A stretch of 62,612 nucleotides of DNA, counting the filler, from Candidatus Rokuibacteriota bacterium (GTDB lineage: Bacteria; JAUVQV01; DATDCY01): assembly GCA_031406795.1 (NCBI GenBank). It is 4 parts of 4 records of this genome, joined end to end, with 100 filler letters (N's around TTAATTAATTAA, not from the genome) between each part and the next. Parts side by side here need not be neighbours in the genome. Positions count along the whole stretch, not along the records: positions 1 to 18,714 come from JANOHV010000041.1; 3 more parts are not named here. The stretch is one strand, 5' to 3'. Within the stretch, counting starts at the first letter, position 1; each line of letters starts with the position of its first letter. A program made the position numbers and the translations under genes. Of the stretch, positions 1-9,762 are shown one piece after another. Under the pieces are notes generated by a model. The model did not search any database and was not told the origin of the DNA. It saw only the letters and a list, made by a program, of their open reading frames with translations.

Positions 1-88
1 TTGCGCTCCTCGTGCCTGCCTGCGACGTACGCTCGTACGTCTCGGCATGCGCTCGTCGCGCGCCTTGCAGCTGAACCCTTCTGAGCAG
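1..88. repeat. Structured intergenic repeat, copy truncated by the window start
   Basis: CTGCGACGTAC-gctc-GTACGTCTC inner hairpin followed by GCCTTGCAGCTGAACCCTT; same motif order as copies at 13525, 39794 and 39930. Confidence 0.7.
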
Positions 89-97
89 TCTGCCGGG

Positions 98-979
98 GTG
101 AAGGTACGATCGGCCGCGCTAGGTGCCGTCGCCTTGACCGCAGTTGTGCTGGCGGGGACCGGATGCGCCCACGGCGGCCGTCCGATCGAGCGCGAGATCG
201 TCTGGCAAGGCCGGGTCCTGGTCCGGGAGGACGTCTTGATCGGCACCGGCGAGCGGCTCGTCATCCGGCCCGGGACCGAGGTGGTGTTCGCATTTCGGGA
301 TGACGATGGGGACGGCGCGGGCGACGCCCGGATCACGGTCAAGGGGGTCGTGCGCGCCATCGGCACGGCTGCCGCCCCGATCCTCTTCGCGGCAGAGCGT
401 GAAGGGGCAACCCCGGGCTGGAACGAGATCCTGATCGAGGACGCGGCACGGGCGGATTTCGCCTGGAGCCGCTTCGTCGACGCCCAGCAGGCGGTACACG
501 CGCATCGGACGCCGCTGTCGATAGAGGGCTGCCGCTTCGAGCGCAATGGCATCGCGGTCAGGTTTACCGGCGACCCGGTCGCGATTCGTCGCAATCGGTT
601 CGTCGGCAACGGAACCGCAATCCGCTACTTCGAGAGCAGCCCGGTGGTGGAGGCGAATGAATTCGAGGGTAACGCCACCGCGGTTTTCGTGCGCGAGGGC
701 TCGCCCCGAAGCGTCGTGACCGGAAACAACTTTTTCATGAGCATCGACTATCACCTCAAGCTCGGCGAGTCGCAGGCCGCCGATGTGGACGCACGCGACA
801 ACTGGTGGGGCACCGACCGGCGCGAAGCGATCGAGCGGCTGATCTTCGACCGCGAGGATGTCGAATACCTCGGCCGGGTGCGGTATGATCCGCCCGCGCC
901 CGCGCCGCGCGGCGGGGCGGAACTGAAGGCCGCCCCCCCAGGGACAGGAAAGGGCGATCGGGACCATGGAAATGAGTGA
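98..979 (+). CDS. Right-handed beta-helix (NosD/pectin-lyase-like) lipoprotein upstream of the GeoRSP genes
   Basis: GTG at 98 gives a signal peptide ending in lipobox-like LAGTGC; repeated N-x-F-x-x-N-x-x-A-I/V turns; DARDNWWG C-terminal motif. Confidence 0.75.
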   Translation: MKVRSAALGAVALTAVVLAGTGCAHGGRPIEREIVWQGRVLVREDVLIGTGERLVIRPGTEVVFAFRDDDGDGAGDARITVKGVVRAIGTAAAPILFAAEREGATPGWNEILIEDAARADFAWSRFVDAQQAVHAHRTPLSIEGCRFERNGIAVRFTGDPVAIRRNRFVGNGTAIRYFESSPVVEANEFEGNATAVFVREGSPRSVVTGNNFFMSIDYHLKLGESQAADVDARDNWWGTDRREAIERLIFDREDVEYLGRVRYDPPAPAPRGGAELKAAPPGTGKGDRDHGNE

Positions 980-1289
980 ACGCTACCGGCGACGTCCGGG
1001 ACTCCCCTGGCGGGAAGAGCCTGAGGCGGCACGCGACGCGCTTGCCGCGCTCGAGGAGGGCCGCGATGCGGGCGGGGACGGGACGCTGCTCGTTGTCGAA
1101 CGCGGACGGATCACCGAACTCAACATCCTCGGCGGCGAAATCTGGAAACTCTGCGACGGCACCCGCGACGTCGGCGCGATCGTCGAGGAGCTGCTCCCGC
1201 GTTTCGAGGTCGGACGGGAAGAACTCGAGAGCGACGTCGGCGAATTCCTCGCGGACCTCGTCGCCCGCGGCTGGGTGGTGCCGGCGTGA
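966..1289 (+). CDS. PqqD-family peptide chaperone (RRE), GeoRSP type
   Basis: ELNILGGEIWKLCDG...DVGEFLADL PqqD pattern; overlaps the radical SAM start; alternative start 972. Confidence 0.85.
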   Translation: MEMSERYRRRPGLPWREEPEAARDALAALEEGRDAGGDGTLLVVERGRITELNILGGEIWKLCDGTRDVGAIVEELLPRFEVGREELESDVGEFLADLVARGWVVPA

Positions 1290-2299
1290 GCGCGCCGGAC
1301 AAGATCTACTCGGCGCCGCTGCTGGTGAACTGGAGCTTGAACTACAGCTGCAACTTCAGCTGTGAGCACTGCTATTCGCGCTTCGAGAAGGCGGAAGAGC
1401 TGCCGGCCGACCAGGTGCTCGAGGCCGGCCGCCGCCTCGCCAGGGCCGGCGTGCTTTTCGCCAATTTCGGCGGCGGCGAACCGCTGCTGCGCCGCGACCT
1501 GCTGCCCGTTTCCCGGGAGCTGAGCGCGCAGGGTCTCTCGCTCTCGATGAACTCCAACGGCTGGCTGCTTGACGAGGCCGCCGCGGCGGGGTTGCGGGAC
1601 GCCGGCTTCGTGAGCGTCGGCCTCTCGCTCGACAGCCATCGCCCGGAGGTGCACGACCGCTTCCGCAACCGGCCGGGGAGCTTCGACCGGGTCGTCGCCG
1701 CCGCCGGGCACCTGGTGCGCGCCGGGGTCAAGCTGACGATCTCGACGGTTGTCTGCCGGATCAACCACCAGGAACTCACGCCGCTGCTCGAACTGGCCAA
1801 GCGCCTCGGCGCGGCCCAGGTCTACCTGCATAACTTCAAGTGCAGCGGCAAGGGGATGGAGCACCGCTTCGAGCTGGATCTGGAGCCGCTCGAATGGCGC
1901 GACTTCTACCGCGAGGCGCTCGCGTTCGCGGCGAACCCGTCCTACCCGGAGATCTCCTTCGACGACCCGATCCTCGCCTCGCTGGGCGCCCGCGACGCCG
2001 AACACGGCATCCCGGGGTCGACCTGCGGCAAGCTCTCGCTGCACCTGCGCCCGAACGGCGACATCACCCCCTGCGGGTTCATTCCGCTCGTGCTGGGCAA
2101 TATCCTGCGCGACGATCTGCCGACGCTCTGGCGCGAGTCGCCGGTGCTCGAGCAGATGCGCCACAAGACCGCGAAGGGCAAGTGCACCGCCTGCGGCCAC
2201 TATGCCGCGTGCCTGGGCGGCTGCACCGCGCGGGCTTTCGCCGTCAGTGGCGACCTCAACGCCCCCGACCCGCACTGCTGGGAGAACCCCTGCGGGTGA
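1286..2299 (+). CDS. Radical SAM/SPASM protein (GeoRSP type)
   Basis: CNFSCEHC (CxxxCxxC), GGGEP, SPASM cysteines C...PC...CxxC-x5-C-x3-C...DPHC. Confidence 0.9.
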   Translation: MSAPDKIYSAPLLVNWSLNYSCNFSCEHCYSRFEKAEELPADQVLEAGRRLARAGVLFANFGGGEPLLRRDLLPVSRELSAQGLSLSMNSNGWLLDEAAAAGLRDAGFVSVGLSLDSHRPEVHDRFRNRPGSFDRVVAAAGHLVRAGVKLTISTVVCRINHQELTPLLELAKRLGAAQVYLHNFKCSGKGMEHRFELDLEPLEWRDFYREALAFAANPSYPEISFDDPILASLGARDAEHGIPGSTCGKLSLHLRPNGDITPCGFIPLVLGNILRDDLPTLWRESPVLEQMRHKTAKGKCTACGHYAACLGGCTARAFAVSGDLNAPDPHCWENPCG

Positions 2300-3231
2300 A
2301 GAAGTTCGCCGCGCCGCTGCGGCTGACCTGGGATTGGGCCTGGCCGCCGATCGCGCACGCCGGCGCGCCGCCCGGCCGGCCGGAGCCGGAGTTGGTCCGG
2401 GCGATCGGCGCCGAGATCGTCGGCTCCCGCGTCCTGATGCTCGAAATCGGGTACCCGGACCCGCAGGACCTGCTCTCGGGCGAATTGGCTGCGGCTCTGG
2501 CGGGGTTCGAAGGGAGCCTCTCCCTCGTGTTGTCGCCGGCCGCCGCCGCGCTCCTCGCCGATGGAAGGCTGTGCGAGGCACTGGGGGCCGAGGAGGTCTG
2601 GTTGGATGCGACTCCGGGCGCCGGAGCGATTCCCCCGGGGCTCGAAGCGTGGCCGGCACAGCGATTCTATCTCACTGCCGGCAACTTCGAGGCGGTGGCC
2701 TCGGGAATCGAGCGCGCGGTGGCTGCCGGCGCCACGGCGATCTCGCTACCGAATCTGCCGCTTTTCGGGGAAGTGCTGCGCGACGCCGGGCAGGCGACCC
2801 CGGACATCGATCAGCTCACGAGGCTGGCCGGCCGGATCGTCGCCGCGCTCCAGGGCCGTCCCGCTATCGATCTGCGCGTGCATCACTATGGTCTGTGCCA
2901 GGCGCTGCGCGAGGCCGGCGTGCAACCGCACGGCGAAGGATCGCCGGGCGCCGGGTGCCAGGCCGGCGGCGCGCTGGCGTACATCGATCCCGCGGGGGTC
3001 CTTTACCCGTGCGCCTCGCTGCCCGTCCCGCTGGCACGCGTGGGCACCGGGGCCATCACGGAGGCCTGGGCGGGTCCGTTGCTCGCGGCGCTGCGCGAAG
3101 GGATCGCCCGCATGCCACCGAAGTGCGCCGCCTGCCCGGTCGAGCCGACCTGCCGGGGCGGCTGCCGCGGCTGGGCGCACTATCTGGCCGCAGACTGGAG
3201 CGCCATCGGACCCGACTGCACGAGACCGTAG
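2296..3231 (+). CDS. SPASM-domain protein with degenerate radical SAM barrel (GeoRSP type)
   Basis: GTGA overlap with the upstream stop; N-terminus KKFAAPLRLTWD parallels the rSAM gene but lacks CxxxCxxC; C-terminal CQAG..YPC..CAAC..CRGGC..PDC. Confidence 0.8.
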   Translation: MKKFAAPLRLTWDWAWPPIAHAGAPPGRPEPELVRAIGAEIVGSRVLMLEIGYPDPQDLLSGELAAALAGFEGSLSLVLSPAAAALLADGRLCEALGAEEVWLDATPGAGAIPPGLEAWPAQRFYLTAGNFEAVASGIERAVAAGATAISLPNLPLFGEVLRDAGQATPDIDQLTRLAGRIVAALQGRPAIDLRVHHYGLCQALREAGVQPHGEGSPGAGCQAGGALAYIDPAGVLYPCASLPVPLARVGTGAITEAWAGPLLAALREGIARMPPKCAACPVEPTCRGGCRGWAHYLAADWSAIGPDCTRP

Positions 3232-3267
3232 GCGCTTCGGGGCGAGGGGATGCTATACTGACGTCCC

Positions 3268-3723
3268 ATGTTGAAAACCCTGCTGGAAAAGAGCCGCTAT
3301 CTGGTGGTGATCGCCGTGCTCGCCTCCCTGGCGGCGGCGCTCGGCGCCTTCGGGTGGGGTGCCTTCAAGACCTGGCACGCGATCGGCTTTCTCTTCGAGA
3401 GCGGCGGCAAGGACCCGCTTGGGGCGATCAAGTTCATCGAGTTGATGGACGCCTTCCTGATCGCCACCGCGCTGCTGATTTTCGCCATCGGTCTCTACGA
3501 ACTCTTCATCGAGGACATCGCGATGCCCGCGTGGCTCGAGGTGCGCTCGCTCCACGATCTCAAGGCCAAACTGGCGAGCGTCATCGTGCTGGTGCTGGCC
3601 GTGAACTTTCTCTCGCACCTCGCCGAGTGGAAGGACGCCCGCGAAACCCTGGAGTTCGGTCTCGCGGTGACGGTCGTCTCGGCGGCGCTCATCGCCTTCG
3701 GGCACTTCGGCGGGAAGGATTGA
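3268..3723 (+). CDS. YqhA/UPF0114 family membrane protein
   Basis: Four hydrophobic helices; GLYELFI and WLEVRSLHDLKAKL motifs. Confidence 0.8.
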   Translation: MLKTLLEKSRYLVVIAVLASLAAALGAFGWGAFKTWHAIGFLFESGGKDPLGAIKFIELMDAFLIATALLIFAIGLYELFIEDIAMPAWLEVRSLHDLKAKLASVIVLVLAVNFLSHLAEWKDARETLEFGLAVTVVSAALIAFGHFGGKD

Positions 3724-3736
3724 GAGGGCGTCGCCG

Positions 3737-4669
3737 ATGATCGTGACTCGCGACGTGCGCGAAATCCCGGCGCAGTGCGCCCGCCCGGTCGTGGCGCTCG
3801 GCAAGTTCGACGGCGTCCACCGCGGGCACGCCAAGTTGCTTGCCGCCGTGCGCCGGTTGTCGCACCGCGACGGCGCGCCGTCGATGGCGGTGACGTTCGA
3901 CGTCCACCCCGACAGCCTGCTGCGGCCGCACCAGGTCCCGCCGGTGCTCACGACGATCGAGGAGAAGACGGCCGCCATCGAGGCGGCGGGGATCGACTGT
4001 CTGCTCTATCTGGAGTTCACGCCCGCGTTCGCCCGCCTTACGGCGCTGGAGTTCGCCCGCGACTTCCTCGGGGGACGCATCGGCGCGCGGATGGTCCTCG
4101 CGGGGGAGAATTTCCGCTTCGGCCGCAACCGCGGCGGCGACACGCAGATGCTCCGCCGCTGGGGGGGCAAGTTCGGCTTCGGCTTCCGCGCCGTGCCGCA
4201 GGCGACGGTTGCCGGCGAGCCGGTCTCCTCCACGCGCGTTCGCCGTGTCGTCGCCGCCGGCGAGATGCGGTTGGCCGCCGCGCTGCTCGGCCGGCCCTAC
4301 AGCATCGAGGGTGAGGTCGATCACGGGTTGAGTCGCGGCCGCGACCTCGGGGCGCCGACGGCGAACCTGCGCCTTCCGGGGAAGCTGCTCCCCCCGGACG
4401 GCGTCTATCTCGCGCGGGCCGCCATCGACGGCGGCGCAGCGCTGCCGACCATCGTCAATCTCGGGACGTCGCCGACCTTCGGCCCCGGCGAGCGCCGCCT
4501 CGAGGTCCACTTCCTCGACTTCTCCGGGGACCTCTACGGGCGTCGGGTGCGGGTCTTCTTCGAGCGCTACCTGCGGCAGGAAACCCGCTTTCCGAACGCT
4601 CAGGCTCTCGCCCGGCAGATCCGCCAGGACATCGCGCGCGCGGAGCGCCACTTCCGGTCCTCCCGGTGA
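3737..4669 (+). CDS. ribF: Bifunctional riboflavin kinase/FAD synthetase
   Basis: FDGVHRGH, SSTRVR, PTANL, EVHFLDF motifs. Confidence 0.95.
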   Translation: MIVTRDVREIPAQCARPVVALGKFDGVHRGHAKLLAAVRRLSHRDGAPSMAVTFDVHPDSLLRPHQVPPVLTTIEEKTAAIEAAGIDCLLYLEFTPAFARLTALEFARDFLGGRIGARMVLAGENFRFGRNRGGDTQMLRRWGGKFGFGFRAVPQATVAGEPVSSTRVRRVVAAGEMRLAAALLGRPYSIEGEVDHGLSRGRDLGAPTANLRLPGKLLPPDGVYLARAAIDGGAALPTIVNLGTSPTFGPGERRLEVHFLDFSGDLYGRRVRVFFERYLRQETRFPNAQALARQIRQDIARAERHFRSSR

Positions 4670-5661
4670 TCAAGCGCCTCGCGGCCGGGGTCGCGCTCGG
4701 CGCCTTCTTTCTCTGGCTGGCCCTGCGCAACGTGCACTTCAGCGAGATGACGGAGACCCTGCGTCGCGTGAGTCTGCCGGCGTTCGTGCTCTTCTGCCTG
4801 ATGCACATCGGCAGCCTCGGACTGCGGGCGCTGCGTTGGCGGCTCCTCGTGCGACCCCTGGCCGAGGTGCCGGTGAGCCGGATGCTGCCGCCCCTCGCGA
4901 TCGGCTTCATGGTCAACTTCCTGCTTCCCGGGCGCGCCGGCGAGTTCGTCCGCGCCTGGCTCTTCAGCCGCCGCGAGAACGTGAGCACGAGCGCGGTGTT
5001 TGCCACCGTGGTCGTCGAGCGGCTCTTCGACGGCCTGGCGATCATCTGTCTGCTCGCGCCCGCCCCCTTCCTGCTCGGCGCGGGGGATCCGGCGCTCCTG
5101 GCCAGGATTCGCTGGGCTGCCCTGCTGCTGCCCGTCGTCTATGTGGCGATTCTCACCGTGCTGATCCTGCTGAGCCACCACCGGCAAGCACTCGCCGTAT
5201 TCCTCTCCCGCCACCCGGTCGTCCTGCGCCGCCCGTTGCTCGCCCGCGTGGTGCACCTGGTCGAGCGTTTCTGCGAGGGACTCGGCGTGTTGCGTTCCTG
5301 GAGGGCGGTTGCCGGCACGGTCCTCTTCTCACTGCTGATCTGGGGCTGGGGGTCACTGGCCAACGCGCTGATGATGCGCGCCATCGGCCTTGACCTTCCC
5401 GGGTACGCGCCGATTTTCCTGATTGTTCTCCAGGGGTTCGGCGTACTGATCCCGACGCCCGGCTTCGTCGGGCCCTTCCAGTACGCGCACGTCGTGGCGC
5501 TCGGGGTTTACGGCGTCCCGGAGGCCGTCGCCATCTCGCTGGCACTGCTGATTCACGCGGGGCTCTTCATCGCGGTCCTTGCGCCCGGCTTCTGGTACGC
5601 CGCGCGCGAGCACCTCGGCCTCCGCGACCTCACCGTCGCCTCCCGCGGGGAAGACCGTTAG
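4666..5661 (+). CDS. Lysylphosphatidylglycerol synthase TM-domain (UPF0104 flippase-like) membrane protein
   Basis: RALRWRLL, NFLLPGRAGEFVR, ERLFD, PTPGFVG motifs; multiple TM segments. Confidence 0.85.
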   Translation: MIKRLAAGVALGAFFLWLALRNVHFSEMTETLRRVSLPAFVLFCLMHIGSLGLRALRWRLLVRPLAEVPVSRMLPPLAIGFMVNFLLPGRAGEFVRAWLFSRRENVSTSAVFATVVVERLFDGLAIICLLAPAPFLLGAGDPALLARIRWAALLLPVVYVAILTVLILLSHHRQALAVFLSRHPVVLRRPLLARVVHLVERFCEGLGVLRSWRAVAGTVLFSLLIWGWGSLANALMMRAIGLDLPGYAPIFLIVLQGFGVLIPTPGFVGPFQYAHVVALGVYGVPEAVAISLALLIHAGLFIAVLAPGFWYAAREHLGLRDLTVASRGEDR

Positions 5662-5804
5662 CCCGGGTCGGCAGGGAGGCCCTGACGCGCCCCGGCGGCG
5701 TTGCGGGTCGGGCTGCTTGTGCGGTGTGCACCAGCACACCTCCGCGCACCCTTCCCGCTGCCTTGCCGGAACGCATCAGGACGCTCCCTGCCGACTCGGG
5801 CAGC
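5653..5804. repeat. ~150-bp palindromic structured repeat
   Basis: Terminal arms GCCCGGGTCGGCAGGGAG / CTCCCTGCCGACTCGGGC; homologous in reverse orientation to 9611-9762. Confidence 0.8.
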
Positions 5805-5905
5805 ACGTTCCCGGCGTTGCGGTGCGCGCTGCACGGCTGCCTCGCCAGGACGAAAAATCCCGCGCGTGACTGCCCGTGGGCAGCACGGTCCCGTTTCACC
5901 GGGCC

Positions 5906-6024
5906 GGGCGGGAATGAATCCCGCCCCTACGAGCGTTCGGTTCCCGCCCCCGCGAACGTCTGGCTCCCGCCTCTACGAACGTCCGGTTCCCGGCCCGTGG
6001 TAGGGGAGGGGTTGATCCCCTCCC
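5906..6024. repeat. Inverted pair of GTAG-type REP palindromes with internal ~23-bp degenerate tandem units
   Basis: GGGCGGGAATGAATCCCGCCCCTAC ... GTAGGGGAGGGGTTGATCCCCTCCC; similar pairs at 16303 and 17376. Confidence 0.8.
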
Positions 6025-6115
6025 GCCGCCGGGTGACCGGCTGGAGGCCTGAAGGCGACTTGCAATGGTGATGCCGACCCGATAGGATTCACCCTGGCAG
6101 AGGAGGTGATGAACC

Positions 6116-6313
6116 ATGTTTGGTATCGGCATGACCGAATTGCTGGTCGTCCTGGCCATTGTCCTGGTCATCTTCGGGGCCAATAAACTCCCCGAGATCG
6201 GCAAGGGGATGGGGCAGGCGATCGGCAACTTCAAGAAATCGATGAAGGAAGCCAACGAGATCGACATCACGCCCGAGAAGAAGAAGCTCGAGGGCGAGGA
6301 GAAGAAGTCCTAG
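6116..6313 (+). CDS. tatA: Twin-arginine translocase TatA/TatE subunit
   Basis: [33 protein letters not shown]...FKKSM; GAGGAGG RBS. Confidence 0.95.
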   Translation: MFGIGMTELLVVLAIVLVIFGANKLPEIGKGMGQAIGNFKKSMKEANEIDITPEKKKLEGEEKKS

Positions 6314-6376
6314 CAACGCAATGACGGCCCGGTGCCGCGCCGCTGTCGGACGCGGCACCGGCGCCTCACCGGAATC

Positions 6377-7621
6377 ATGAGCGAACGCAGCGGAGCCACC
6401 GGTTTTTTCCAGGTCGCGGGGACCCGTGAGGTCCTCGACGCGTTCTCCTGGCTGCGTCCCGCGCTCCCCGAGACGGTTCCGATCCTCGATGCGCTCGGGC
6501 GGCCGCTCGCCGGCGATGTGCGCGCGGCAGTCGATGTGCCGCATTTCACCCGGGCCGTCATGGACGGCTACGCCGTCGCCGCCACCGACACCTTCGGCGC
6601 TTCGGAATCGCAACCGGCCTATCTGACCATTCGCGGCGGCGTGCTGATGGGCGCCGCGCCCGAGGTGCGGGTCGATCCGGGCGACGCGCTGCGGATCGCC
6701 ACGGGCGGGATGCTGCCGCACGGCGCCGACGCCGTCGTCATGTGGGAGCACACGCGCGAGAGCGGCGACGTTCTCGAGGTCAATCGGCCGGTCGCCCCGG
6801 GAGAGCACATCGTCACCGTCGGCGAGGACGTGCGCGAGGGCGAAACGGTGCTGACGGCCGGGCACGTATTGCGTCCCGCAGACATCGGTCTGCTCGCGGG
6901 CCTCGGGGTCACGCAGGTCGCCGTCGCCCGGCGGCCGCGAGTCGCCATCATTTCCACCGGCGATGAGCTGGTTGGAGCGGAAGAGGAACCCGGCCCCGGT
7001 CGCGTCCGCAACGTCAATCAGTATTCTCTCGGCGCCTGGGTGCGCCACCTCGGCGGCGACCCGCAGTTGCTCGGCCGTGTCCGCGACGACGCCGGCGAAA
7101 TTCTCGCGCTGGTGCGGCGCGGCGTGGCGGTGGCCGATCTGGTGCTGATCTCCGGCGGTAGTTCGGCGGGTGCGCGCGATCTGACCCGCGCGGTCGTCGA
7201 GAGCCTCGGGGAGCCGGGCCTGCTCTTCCACGGGGTCGCCGTTCGCCCGGGAAAGCCGACCGTCGTCGGCGCGCACCGGGGCGTGCCGGTCTTCGGGTTG
7301 CCCGGGCACCCGATCTCGGCGATGGTGATCTTCCTGGTGCTCGTGCGCCCCCTGCTCGAGCGGCTGCTCGGCATTCCGGCCGGCGAGGGGGGCGTGAAGG
7401 TGCTGGCGCGACTCACCGACAATCTGCCCTCGCAGGCCGGTCGCGAGGACTACTACCAGGTGGCTCTGCGCCCCGCGGCCGGGGGGATGGAAGCGGTCCC
7501 GGTCTTCCGCAAGTCCGGCCTGGTCAGCGCGATGGTGCGCGGCCGCGGCATGGTCCGGGTGGCGCCCGAGCGCGAGGGGCTCGAGGCGGGCGAACTTGTC
7601 GAAGTCGACCTGCTCGCATGA
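6377..7621 (+). CDS. moeA: Molybdopterin molybdotransferase MoeA
   Basis: MDGYAV, IATGGMLP, STGDEL, SGGSS, RPGKP, GLPGHP motifs. Confidence 0.92.
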   Translation: MSERSGATGFFQVAGTREVLDAFSWLRPALPETVPILDALGRPLAGDVRAAVDVPHFTRAVMDGYAVAATDTFGASESQPAYLTIRGGVLMGAAPEVRVDPGDALRIATGGMLPHGADAVVMWEHTRESGDVLEVNRPVAPGEHIVTVGEDVREGETVLTAGHVLRPADIGLLAGLGVTQVAVARRPRVAIISTGDELVGAEEEPGPGRVRNVNQYSLGAWVRHLGGDPQLLGRVRDDAGEILALVRRGVAVADLVLISGGSSAGARDLTRAVVESLGEPGLLFHGVAVRPGKPTVVGAHRGVPVFGLPGHPISAMVIFLVLVRPLLERLLGIPAGEGGVKVLARLTDNLPSQAGREDYYQVALRPAAGGMEAVPVFRKSGLVSAMVRGRGMVRVAPEREGLEAGELVEVDLLA

Positions 7622-7708
7622 GTGACGCACTCATAAAGACCCCACCTGCGCCTTGCATCCGGGGCTTTTCTGAGCGCGTCACTAATCGAGAGCCCAGTCC
7701 GAGTCGCC

Positions 7709-9607
7709 ATGGCTGACGGGGGCGGACGGGGCCGACGCTACCTGCGGCGCCTCGGGGCCGACGAGGCGCGGCGGCTGCTCTTCGAACGGATGTCCGTGCT
7801 GGCGCCGCAGCGCGCCGCCGAGACGGTGCCGACCCCGGAAGCACTCGGGCGGGTCACGGCGGCGGCAATCGGCGCGCACCACCCCGCGCCGTTCTATCAC
7901 TCCTCCGCAATGGACGGGATCGCGCTCGCCGCCGAGCGCACCTATGCCGCGAGCGAGACAGCCCCCGTGCGCCTCGCCGTCCCGGGCGATGCCGTCTGGG
8001 TCGACACCGGCGATCCGATCCCGCACGGGTGCACCGCGGTGGTCCCGTCGGAGGAGCTGCACTGGCGCGAGGACGGCAGCGTCGAGATCCACGGCCCGTC
8101 GGCCCCCTGGGAGCACGTGCGCGTCACCGGGCAGGAGATCGCCACGGGCGAGATGGTGCTGCCCTCGGGCTGGCTGATCGGGCCCGCCGACATCGGGTCG
8201 CTACTGGCCGCGGGCCTGACCGCGGTCGCCGTCGCGCGACGTCCGCGGGTGCTCGTGCTGCCGACCGGGACGGAGTTGATCCGCCCCGGTGCGGAGCTGG
8301 AGATCGGCAAGGTCGTCGAGTTCAACTCCGAAGTCGTCGCCGGCATGGTCCGGGAGGCGGGCGGGGCAGCCGTGATCGGGGAGGCGGTGCCGGACGACCT
8401 CGATCGCCTGCGTGCCGCAGTTCGCGAGGGTGCGGCGGCATGCGACGTCGTCGTGGTGCTCGCCGGCTCCTCGGCGGGCTCGGAGGACTTCACGCCGCGC
8501 GCGATCGAGCTCGAGGGCGAGTTGCTCGCGCACGGCGTCAACATCGCGCCTGGCAAGCCGACGGCTCTCGGCATCGTCGGCGGCAAGCCGGTCATCGGCC
8601 TGCCCGGCTTTCCGGTGGCGGCCATCGTCGCGGCGCGACTCTTTCTCGCGCCGCTGGTGCGCCTGCTCCTCGGTCTGCCGGAGCCGGTCGCCCCGCGCGT
8701 CCCGGCCCAGCTGCCACGGGCGGTGCCCTCGCGCCTGGATGTGCGGGAATTCGTCCGGGTGCGGTTCGGTCGCGTGGGAGAGCGCACGTTCGCCTACCCG
8801 CTCCCGCGCGGTTCGGCGGCGATCTTCTCCTGGACGAAGGCCCAGGGGCTCGTCGAGATCCCCGAAGGGGTGGAGGGGCTCGAAGCGGGGGCGGAGGTCT
8901 CGGTCGAAATCATCAGGAACATGCCGGATCTCCAGCGCACGCTGGTGCTCATCGGCAGCCACGACCTGCTGATCGACGTGCTCGAGGACGAACTGCGCGC
9001 CCGCGGCGTGACGCTGCTGGCTTCGGCGACCGGGAGCCTCGGGGGATTGCTCGCGCTGCGCGACGGCGTGGCCCACCTGGCGACCTCGCACCTGATCGAC
9101 CCGGCGAGCGGCACGTACAACCGCTCCTACGTCGCCAAGCACCTTGGCCAGCGGACGATCCGGCAGGTCGGGCTGGTCTGGCGACAGCAGGGGTTGATGG
9201 TCGCGCCGGGCAATCCGAAAGGTATCGCCGGCTGGGGGGATCTGGGGCGGGAGGACGTGAGCTTCGTGAACCGGCAGAAGGGGTCGGGCTCGCGGGTGCT
9301 CCTCGACTACCGGCTCGGGCAGGCGGGAATCGCGCCGGAGCGGGTGCGCGGCTACCGGCGCGAGGAGTACACGCACTGGGCGGTGGCCATGGCGGTGCAG
9401 AGCAGGCTGACGGATTGCGGGCTCGGCATCTACTCGGCGGCAGCGACGATGGGGCTGGACTTCATCCCGCTCGAGGAGGAGGAGTTCGACCTGCTGATAC
9501 CGGAAGAGCATGTTGCGCTGCCGGCGATGCACGCGCTGCTGGAGACGACGGCCTCGGAACGCTTCCGCAGCCGCGTGCTCGCCCTCGGCGGCTATCGATT
9601 CAGGTGA
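7709..9607 (+). CDS. moeA: MoeA fused to a C-terminal periplasmic-binding-protein-like (oxyanion-binding) domain
   Basis: MDGIA, PTGTEL, PGKP, GLPGFP followed by GSHD, GSLGGL, NRQKGSGSR. Confidence 0.88.
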   Translation: MADGGGRGRRYLRRLGADEARRLLFERMSVLAPQRAAETVPTPEALGRVTAAAIGAHHPAPFYHSSAMDGIALAAERTYAASETAPVRLAVPGDAVWVDTGDPIPHGCTAVVPSEELHWREDGSVEIHGPSAPWEHVRVTGQEIATGEMVLPSGWLIGPADIGSLLAAGLTAVAVARRPRVLVLPTGTELIRPGAELEIGKVVEFNSEVVAGMVREAGGAAVIGEAVPDDLDRLRAAVREGAAACDVVVVLAGSSAGSEDFTPRAIELEGELLAHGVNIAPGKPTALGIVGGKPVIGLPGFPVAAIVAARLFLAPLVRLLLGLPEPVAPRVPAQLPRAVPSRLDVREFVRVRFGRVGERTFAYPLPRGSAAIFSWTKAQGLVEIPEGVEGLEAGAEVSVEIIRNMPDLQRTLVLIGSHDLLIDVLEDELRARGVTLLASATGSLGGLLALRDGVAHLATSHLIDPASGTYNRSYVAKHLGQRTIRQVGLVWRQQGLMVAPGNPKGIAGWGDLGREDVSFVNRQKGSGSRVLLDYRLGQAGIAPERVRGYRREEYTHWAVAMAVQSRLTDCGLGIYSAAATMGLDFIPLEEEEFDLLIPEEHVALPAMHALLETTASERFRSRVLALGGYRFR

Positions 9608-9610
9608 CAG

Positions 9611-9762
9611 GCTGTCCGAGTCAATCCGGAGCGGATTTTTTCGTTCCGGCAAGGCAGGGCCAAGCGCGCGCGGAGGTGTGCTGCTGCACACCGCACAAGC
9701 AGCGCGAGGAACAACGCCGCCGGGGCGGAAAAAGCCCTCCGGAGTGACCCGGGCGAACGGTC
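9611..9762. repeat. ~150-bp palindromic structured repeat between convergent genes
   Basis: Reverse complement aligns with 5653-5804, including GCTGCTTGTGCGGTGTGCA-N-CAGCACACCTCCGCGC. Confidence 0.8.
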
